The notes under the pieces were generated by a model that saw only the letters and a list, made by a program, of their open reading frames with translations, was not told the DNA's origin and ran no database searches. Positions 55,601 through 64,000 of a stretch of DNA of 64,000 bases are shown here, piece by piece; position 1 is the first letter of the stretch; each line of letters begins with the position of its first letter. This stretch comes from Balanoglossus misakiensis. Lineage: Eukaryota > Animalia > Hemichordata. A program made the position numbers and the translations under genes. Location: NCBI GenBank assembly GCA_040954595.2, contig CM082596.2, positions 10,188,461 to 10,252,460 of the forward strand. Direction: 5' to 3'.

Positions 55601-58600
55601 TTTTGATGATTTTCACCCATGATTTTTTTCAAAAATCTACGAAATTTTGAGATTTTGCAAAGCCGAAAATTTGTCATTTTTTGATGATTTTCACCCATGA
55701 TTTTTTTCAAAAATCTGCGAAATTTTGAGATTTTGCAAAGTCCAAAATTTGTCATATATTAATGATTTTCACCCATGATTTTTTTCAAAAATCGACGAAA
55801 TTTGAGATTTTGCAAATTCGAAAATTTGTAATTTTTGAATGATTTTCACCCTTTTTTTTCAAAAATCAACGAACCCATGATTTTTTTTCAAAAATCGACA
55901 AAATTTTGAGATTTTGCAAAGCCGAAAATTTGTCATTTTTTGATGATTTTCACCCATGATTTTTTTCAAAAATCGACGAAATTTTGAGATTTTGCAAAGT
56001 CGAAAATTTGTCATTTTTTGATGATTTTCACCCATGATTTTTTTCAAAAATCGACGAAATTTGAGATTTTGCAAAGTCAAAAATTTGTCATTTTTTGATG
56101 ATTTTCACCCATGATTTTTTTCAAAAATCGACGAAATTTTGAGATTTTGCAAAGTCGAAAATGTGTCATTTTTTGATGATTTTCACCCATGATTTTTTTC
56201 AAAAATCGACGAAATTTGAGATTTTGCAAAGTCGAAAATTTGTCATTTTTTGATGATTTTTACCCATGATTTTTTTTTCAAAAATCGACCAAATTTTGAG
56301 ATTTTGCAAAGCCGAAAATTTGTCATTTTTTGATGATTTTCACCCATGATTTTTCTCAAAAATCGACGAAATTTTGAGATTTTGCAAAGTCGAAAATTTT
56401 TCATTTTTTGATGATTTTCACCCATGATTTTTCTCAAAAATTGACGAAATTTTGAGATTTTGCAAAGTCGAAAATTTGTCATTTTTTGATGATTTTCACC
56501 CATGTTTTTTTCAAAATTGAACGAACCCATGATTTTTTTCAAAAATCGACAAAATTTTGAGATTTTGCAAAGACGAAAATTTGTCATTTTTTGATGATTT
56601 TCACCCATGATTTTTTTCAAAAGTCGACGAAATTTTGAGATTTTGCAAAGTCGAAAATTTGTCATTTTTTGATGATTTTCACCCATGATTTTTTTCAAAA
56701 ATCTACGAAATTTTGAGATTTTGCAAAGTCGAAAATTTGTCATTTTTTGATGATTTTCACCCATGATTTTTTTCAAAAATCTGCGAAATTTTGAGATTTT
56801 GCAAAGTCGAAAATTTGTCATTTATTAATGATTTTCACCCATGATTTTTTTCAAAAATCGACGAAATTTGAGATTTTGCAAATTCGAAAATTTGTAATTT
56901 TTTAATGATTTTCACCCTTTTTTTTCAAAAATCAACGAACCCATGATTTTTTTTAAAAATCGACAAAATTTTGAGATTTTGCAAAGCCGAAAATTTGTCA
57001 TTTTTTGATGATTTTCACCCATGATTTTTTTCAAAAATCGACGAAATTTTGAGATTTTGCAAAGTCGAAAATTTGTCATTTTTTGATGATTTTCACCCAT
57101 GATTTTTTTCAAAAATCGACGAAATTTGAGATTTTGCAAAGTCGAAAATTTGTCATTTTTTGATGATTTTCACCCATGATTTTTTTCAAAAATCGACGAA
57201 ATTTGAGATTTTGCAAAGTCGAAAATTTGTCATTTTTTGATGATTTTTACCCATGATTTTTTTTTCAAAAATCGATCAAATTTTGAGATTTTGCAAAGCC
57301 GAAAATTTGTCATTTTTTGATGATTTTCACCCATGATTTTTCTCAAAAATTGACGAAATTTTGAGATTTTGCAAAGTCGAAAATTTGTCATTTTTTGATG
57401 ATTTTCACCCATGTTTTTTTCAAAATTGAACGAACCCATGATTTTTTTCAAAAATCGACAAAATTTTGAGATTTTGCAAAGTCGAAAATTTGTCATTTTT
57501 TGATGATTTTCACCCATGATTTTTTTCAAAAGTCGACGAAATTTTGAGCTTTTGCAAAGTCGAAAATTTGTCATTTTTTGATGATTTTCACCCATGATTT
57601 TTTTCAAAAATCTACGAAATTTTGAGATTTTGCAAAGTCGAAAATTTGTCATTTTTTGATGATTTTCACCCATGATTTTTTTCAAAAAATCGACGAAATT
57701 TTGAGATTTTGCAAAGTCGAAAATTTGTCATTTATTAATGATTTTCACCCATGATTTTTTTTTAAAAATAGACGAAATTTGAGATTTTGCAAATTCGAAA
57801 ATTTGTAATTTTTTGATGATTTTCACCCATGTTTTTTTTCAAAATTGAACGAACCCATGATTTTTTTCAAAAATCGACGAAATTTTGAGATTTTGCAAAG
57901 TCGAAAATTTGTCATTTTTTGATGATTTTCACCCATGATTTTTTTCAAAAATCGACAAAATTTTTAGATTTTGCAAAGTCGAAAATTTGTCATTTTTTGA
58001 TTATTTTCACCCATGATTTTTTTCAAAAATCGACAAAATTTTTAGATTTTGCAAAGTCGAAAATTTGTCATTTTTTGATGATTTTCACCATGATTTTTTT
58101 TTAAAAATCGACGAAATTTTGAGATTTTGCAAAGACGAAAATTTGTCATTTTTTGATGATTTTCACCCATGTTTTTTTTCAAAAATCAACGAACCCATGA
58201 TTTTTTTTCAAAAAAGGACAAAATTTTGAGATTTTGCAAAGTCGAAAATTTGTCATTTTTTGATGATTTTCACCCATGATTTTTCTCAAAAATCGACGAA
58301 ATTTTGAGATTTTGCAAAGTCGAAAATTTGTCATTTTTTGATGATTTTCACCCATGATTTTTTTTCAAAAATCGACGAAATTTTGAGATTTTGCAAAGTC
58401 GAAAATTTGTCATTTATTAATGATTTTCACCCATGATTTTTTTTCAAAAATCGACAAAATTTTGAGATTTTGCAAAGTCGAAAATTTGTAATTTTTTGAT
58501 GATTTTCACCCATGTTTTTTTTCAAAATTGAACGAACCCATGATTTTTTTCAAAAATCGACGAAATTTTGAGATTTTGCAAAGTCGAAAATTTGTCATTT

Positions 58601-59700
58601 TTTGATGATTTTCACCCATGATTTTTTTCAAAAATCGACAAAATTTTTAGATTTTGCAAAGTCGAAAATTTGTCATTTTTTGATTATTTTCACCCATGAT
58701 TTTTTTCAAAAATCGACCAAATTTTTAGATTTTGCAAAGACGAAAATTTGTCATTTTTTGATGATTTTCACCCATGTTTTTTTTCAAAAATCAACGAACC
58801 TATGATTTTTTTTCAAAAAAGGACAAAATTTTGAGATTTTGCAAAGTCGAAAATTTGTCATTTTTTGAAGATTTTCACCAATGATTTTTCTCAAAAATCG
58901 ACGAAATTTTGAAATTTGTAATTTTTTGATGATTTTCACCAATGTTTTTTTTTAAAAATCAACGAACCCATGATTTTTTTCAAAAATTGACGAAATTTTG
59001 AGATTTTGCAAAGTCGAAAATTTGTCATTTTTTGATGATTTTCACCAATGATTTTTTTCAAAAATCGACGAAATTTTGAGATTTTGCAAAGTCGAAAATT
59101 TGTCATTTATTAACGATTTTCACCCATGATTTTTTTTCAAAAATCGACGAAATTTTGAGATTTTGCAAAGTCGAAAATTTGTCATTTATTAATGATTTTC
59201 ACCCATGATTTTTTTTCAAAAATCGACAAAATTTTGAGATTTTGCAAAGTCGAAAATTTGTAATTTTTTGATGATTTTCACCCATGTTTTTTTTCAAAAT
59301 TGAACGAACCCATGATTTTTTTCAAAAATCGACGAAATTTTGAGATTTTGCAAAGTCGAAAATTTGTCATTTTTTGATGATTTTCACCCATGATTTTTTT
59401 CAAAAATCGACAAAATTTTTAGATTTTGCAAAGTCGAAAATTTGTCATTTTTTGATTATTTTCACCCATGATTTTTTTCAAAAATCGACAAAATTTTTAG
59501 ATTTTGCAAAGACGAAAATTTGTCATTTTTTGATGATTTTCACCATGATTTTTTTTTAAAAATCGACGAAATTTTGAGATTTTGCAAAGACGAAAATTTG
59601 TCATTTTTTGATGATTTTCACCCATGTTTTTTTTTCAAAAATCAACGAACCCATGATTTTTTTTCAAAAAAGGACAAAATTTTGAGATTTTGCAAAGTCG
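52610..59700. repeat. Spaced duplication, offset 5187 bp (~52.6-54.5 kb recurs at ~57.8-59.7 kb)
   Basis: ORF pairs 52732/57919, 53415/58602, 54187/59374 and 54333/59520. Shared deletion junction TTTTGAAATTTGTAA and TATTAACGAT variant. Confidence 0.9.
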
Positions 59701-61930
59701 AAAATTTGTCATTTTTTGATGATTTTCACCCATGATTTTTCTCAAAAATCGACGAAATTTTGAGATTTTGCAAAGTCGAAAATTTGTCATTTTTTGATGA
59801 TTTTCACCCATGATTTTTTTTCAAAAATCGACGAAATTTTGAGATTTTGCAATGTCGAAAATTTGTCATTTATTAATGATTTTCACCCATGATTTTTTTT
59901 CAAAAATCGACAAAATTTTGAGATTTTGCAAAGTCGAAAATTTGTAATTTTTTGATGATTTTCACCCATGTTTTTTTTCAAAATTGAACGAACCCATGAT
60001 TTTTTTCAAAAATCGACGAAATTTTGAGATTTTGCAAAGTCGAAAATTTGTCATTTTTTGATGATTTTCACCCATGATTTTTTTCAAAAATCGACAAAAT
60101 TTTTAGATTTTGCAAAGTCGAAAATTTGTCATTTTTTGATTATTTTCACCCATGATTTTTTTTCAAAAATCGACAAAATTTTTAGATTTTGCAAAGACGA
60201 AAATTTGTCATTTTTTGATGATTTTCACCCATGTTTTTTTTCAAAAATCAACGAACCCATGATTTTTTTTCAAAAATCGACAAAATTTTGAGATTTTGCA
60301 AAGCCGAAAATTTGTCATTTTTTGATGATTTTCACCCATGATTTTTTTCAAAAATCGACGAAATTTTGAGATTTTGCAAAGTCGAAAATTTGTCATTTTT
60401 TGATGATTTTCACCCATGATTTTTTTTTAAAATCGACGAAATTTGAGATTTTGCAAAGTCAAAAATTTGTCATTTTTTGATGATTTTCACCCATGATTTT
60501 TTTCAAAAATCGACGAAATTTTGAGATTTTGCAAAGTCGAACATGTGTCATTTTTTGATGATTTTCACCCATGATTTTTTTCAAAAATCGACGAAATTTG
60601 AGATTTTGCAAAGTCGAAAATTTGTCATTTTTTGATGATTTTTACCCATGATTTTTTTTTCAAAAATCGACAAAATTTTGAGATTTTGCAAAGACGAAAA
60701 TTTGTCATTTTTTGATGATTTTCACCCATGATTTTTTTCAAAAGTCGACGAAATTTTGAGATTTTGCAAAGTCGAAAATTTGTCATTTTTTGATGATTTT
60801 CACCCATGATTTTTTTCAAAAATCTACGAATTTTTGAGATTTTGCAAAGTCGAAAATTTGTCATTTTTTGATGATTTTCACCCATGATTTTTTTCAAAAA
60901 TCTGCGAAATTTTGAGATTTTGCAAAGTCGAAAATTTGTCATTTATTAATGATTTTCACCCATGATTTTTTTCAAAAATCGACGAAATTTGAGATTTTGC
61001 AAATTCGAAAATTTGTAATTTTTTAATGATTTTCACCCTTTTTTTTCAAAAATCAACGAACCCATGATTTTTTTTAAAAATCGACAAAATTTTGAGATTT
61101 TGCAAAGCCGAAAATTTGTCATTTTTTGATGATTTTCACCCATGATTTTTTTCAAAAATCGACGAAATTTTGAGATTTTGCAAAGTCGAAAATTTGTCAT
61201 TTTTTGATGATTTTCACCCATGATTTTTTTCAAAAATCGACGAAATTTGAGATTTTGCAAAGTCGAAAATTTGTCATTTTTTGATGATTTTCACCCATGA
61301 TTTTTTTCAAAAATCGACGAAATTTGAGATTTTGCAAAGTCGAAAATTTGTCATTTTTTGATGATTTTTACCCATGATTTTTTTTTCAAAAATCGATCAA
61401 ATTTTGAGATTTTGCAAAGCCGAAAATTTGTCATTTTTTGATGATTTTCACCCATGATTTTTCTCAAAAATTGACGAAATTTTGAGATTTTGCAAAGTCG
61501 AAAATTTGTCATTTTTTGATGATTTTCACCCATGTTTTTTTCAAAATTGAACGAACCCATGATTTTTTTCAAAAATCGACAAGTTTGAGATTTTGCAAAG
61601 TCGAAAATTTGTCATTTTTTGATGATTTTCACCCATGATTTTTTTCAAAAGTCGACGAAATTTTGAGCTTTTGCAAAGTCGAAAATTTGTCATTTTTTGA
61701 TGATTTTCACCCATGATTTTTTTCAAAAATCTACGAAATTTTGAGATTTTGCAAAGTCGAAAATTTGTCATTTTTTGATGATTTTCACCCATGATTTTTT
61801 TCAAGAAATCGACGAAATTTTGAGATTTTGCAAAGTCGAAAATTTGTCATTTATTAATGATTTTCACCCATGATTTTTTTCAAAAATAGACGAAATTTGA
61901 GATTTTGCAAATTCGAAAATTTGTAATTTT
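56540..61930. repeat. Spaced duplication, offset ~4120 bp (~56.5-57.8 kb recurs at ~60.7-61.9 kb)
   Basis: ORF pairs 56912/61033 and 57230/61351. Shared ATCGATCAAA and GAGCTTTTGC variants. Confidence 0.85.
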
Positions 61931-63916
61931 TTAATGATTTTCACCCTTTTTTTTCAAAAATCAACGAACCCATGATTTTTTTTCAAAAATCGACAAAATT
62001 TTGAGATTTTGCAAAGTCGAAAATTTGTCATTTTTTGATGATTTTCACCCATGATTTTTTTCAAAAATCGACGAAATTTGAGATTTTGCAAAGTCGAAAA
62101 TTTGTCATTTTTTGATGATTTTCACCCATGATTTTTTTCAAAAATCGACGAAATTTTGAGATTTTGCAAAGTCGAAAATTTGTCATTTTTTGATGATTTT
62201 CACCCATGATTTTTTTTCAAAAATCTGCGAAATTTTGAGATTTTGCAAAGTCGAAAATTTGTCATTTTTTGATGATTTTCACCCATGATTTTTTTTCAAA
62301 AAATCGACGAAATTTTGAGATTTTGCAAAGTCGAAAATTTGTCATTTTTTGATTATTTTCACCCATGATTTTTTTTTTCAAAAATCGACAAAATTTTGAG
62401 ATTTTGCAAAGTCGAAAATGTGTCATTTTTTGATGATTTTCACCCATGATTTTTTTCAAAAATCGACGAAATTTGAGATTTAGCAAAGTCGAAAATTTGT
62501 CATTTTTTGATGATTTTCACCCATGTTTTTTTCAAAATTGAACGAACCCATGATTTTTTTCAAAAATCGACAAAATTTTGAGATTTTGCAAAGACGAAAA
62601 TTTGTCATTTTTTGATGATTTTCACCCGTGATTTTTTTCAAAAATCGACAAAATTTTGAGATTTTGCAAAGTCGAAAATTTGACATTTTTTGATGATTTT
62701 CACCCGTTTTTTTTCAAAAATCAACGAACCTATGATTTTTTTTCAAAAATCGACGAAATTTAGAGATTTTGAAAAGTCGAAAATTTGTCATTTCTTAATG
62801 ATTTTCACCCATGTTTTTTTTTCAAAAATCGACAAAATTTTGAGATTTTGCAAAGTCGAAAATTTGTAATTTTTTGATGATTTTCACCAATGTTTTTTTT
62901 TAAAAATCAACGAACCCATGATTTTTTTCAAAAATTGACAACATTTTGAGATTTTGCAAAGTCGAAAATTTGTCATTTTTTGATGATCTTCACCCATGAT
63001 TTTTTTCAAAAATCGACGAAATTTTGAAATTTTGCAAAGTCGAAAATTTGTCATTTTTTGATGATTTTCACCCATGATTTTTTTCAAAAATCGACGAAAT
63101 TTGAGATTTTGCAAAGTCGAAAATTTGTCATTTTTTGATGATTTTCACCCATGATTTTTTTCAAAAATCGACGAAATTTTGAGATTTTGCAAAGTCGATA
63201 ATTTGTCATTTTTTGATGATTTTCACCCATGATTTTTTTTCAAAAATGTGCGAAATTTTGAGATTTTGCAAAGTCGAAAATTTGTAATTTTTTGATGATT
63301 TTCACCCATGTTTTTTTTCAAAATTGAACGAACCCATGATTTTTTTCAAAAATCGACGAAATTTTGAGATTTTGCAAAGTCGAAAATTTGTAATTTTTTG
63401 ATGATATTCACCCATGATTTTTTTCAAAAATCGACGAAATTTTGAGATTTTGCAAAGTCGAAAATTTGTCATTTTTTGATGATATTCACCCATGATTTTT
63501 TTCAAAAATCGACGAAATTTTGAGATTTTGCAAAGTCGAAAATTTGTCATTTTTTGATGATTTTCACCCATGATTTTTTTCAAAAATCGACGAAATTTGA
63601 GATTTTGCAAAGTCGAAAATTTGTCATTTTTTGATGATTTTCACCCATGATTTTTTTCAAAAATCGACGAAATTTTGAGATTTTGCAAAGTCGATAATTT
63701 GTCATTTTTTGATGATTTTCACCCATGATTTTTTTTCAAAAATCTGCGAAATTTTGAGATTTTGCAAAGTCGAAAATTTGTCATTTTTTGATGATTTTCA
63801 CCCATGATTTTTTTTCAAAAAATCGACGAAATTTTGAGATTTTGCAAAGTCGAAAATTTGTCATTTTTTGATTATTTTCACCCATGATTTTTTTTTTCAA
63901 AAATAGACAAAATTAT

Positions 63917-63993
63917 GAGATTTTGACCAGTTCAACTCCATATACGCACTCGCTATCGCTCGTGCGTATATGTCGTGAACTGGTCAAAATCTC
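63917..63993. other. Nested inverted-repeat (hairpin) element at the array terminus; candidate part of a palindromic non-autonomous DNA element (MITE-like)
   Basis: GAGATTTTGACCAGTTCA (63917-63934) is the exact reverse complement of TGAACTGGTCAAAATCTC (63976-63993). CATATACGCAC (63939-63949) is the exact reverse complement of GTGCGTATATG (63962-63972). Internal loop ACTC/TCG; 12-nt terminal loop TCGCTATCGCTC. The hairpin is seen directly; mobile-element identity is inference. Confidence 0.9.
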
Positions 63994-64000
63994 GTGGTAT

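Larger units (their letters stand above)
1..63925. repeat. 78-bp tandem satellite DNA array (heterochromatic, possibly centromeric/pericentromeric); left end lies outside the window
   Basis: Continuous head-to-tail copies of CACCCATGAT7CAAAAATCGACGAAATTTTGAGATTTTGCAAAGTCGAAAATTTGTCATTTTTTGATGATTTT. The ORF track has a 26-aa period (MGENHQKMTNFRLCKISKFRRFLKKI = 78 bp). All copies are in the same orientation. Length variation is mostly in the T-tract after CCCATG. Confidence 0.99.

Noticed and set aside
165-63610. Numerous K/F-rich ORFs (e.g. 192 aa at 5736-6314 and 56243-56821) with the repeat MGENHQKMTNFRLCKISKFRRFLKKI
   Set aside because: 78 is divisible by 3 and some frames lack stops, so ORFs arise automatically on both strands. 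They are broken at random by T-tract length changes, with no sign of frame conservation and no non-repeat domain.
1-63925. CRISPR-like array (partly palindromic repeat, regular period)
   Set aside because: No unique spacers: the whole 78-bp period is conserved, and there are no cas genes or leader.
1-63925. Phase-variable or frameshift-encoded repeat protein, or diversity-generating cassette system
   Set aside because: Variation is explained by homopolymer slippage and block duplication. No promoter, constant exon, recombinase or reverse transcriptase is visible.
1-63925. Assignment to a named satellite family or species, or a CENP-B box
   Set aside because: I do not recognise the monomer, and it lacks the TTCG....A..CGGG CENP-B motif.
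63917-63993. tRNA, intrinsic terminator or pre-miRNA call for the terminal hairpin
   Set aside because: No cloverleaf or A/B boxes, no U-tract after the stem and no upstream gene. A pre-miRNA cannot be supported without expression data.
63926-64000. Sequencing adapter or telomeric repeat at the array end
   Set aside because: It does not resemble PacBio, ONT or Illumina adapter sequences as I recall them, has two stems with an asymmetric internal loop, and contains no short telomeric repeat. A UniVec screen would confirm.

Overview
Almost the whole window (1-63925) is one uninterrupted, single-orientation, AT-rich tandem satellite array, most likely eukaryotic (organism not identifiable from this window). 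The 78-bp consensus monomer is CACCCATGATTTTTTTCAAAAATCGACGAAATTTTGAGATTTTGCAAAGTCGAAAATTTGTCATTTTTTGATGATTTT (~27% GC, roughly 800 monomer-equivalents). It is interspersed with a recurrent ~28-29 bp truncated unit. Variant monomers follow an ordered ~683-bp module, and there are nested kb-scale duplications (offsets 838, 868, 1109, 1370, 1665, 2210, 2880, 3185, 4121, 5187 bp and ~50.3 kb) plus alternating variant domains. The monomer is an imperfect palindrome with roughly helically spaced A/T tracts. The array stops abruptly in the last ~80 bp at a nested hairpin (63917-63993) whose left arm shares GAGATTTTG with the satellite. This junction is the only non-satellite sequence and the most interesting spot. 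All listed ORFs are translations of the 78-bp (26-codon) repeat; I find no credible genes, RNA genes or CRISPR array. Block boundaries were read by eye and are approximate.
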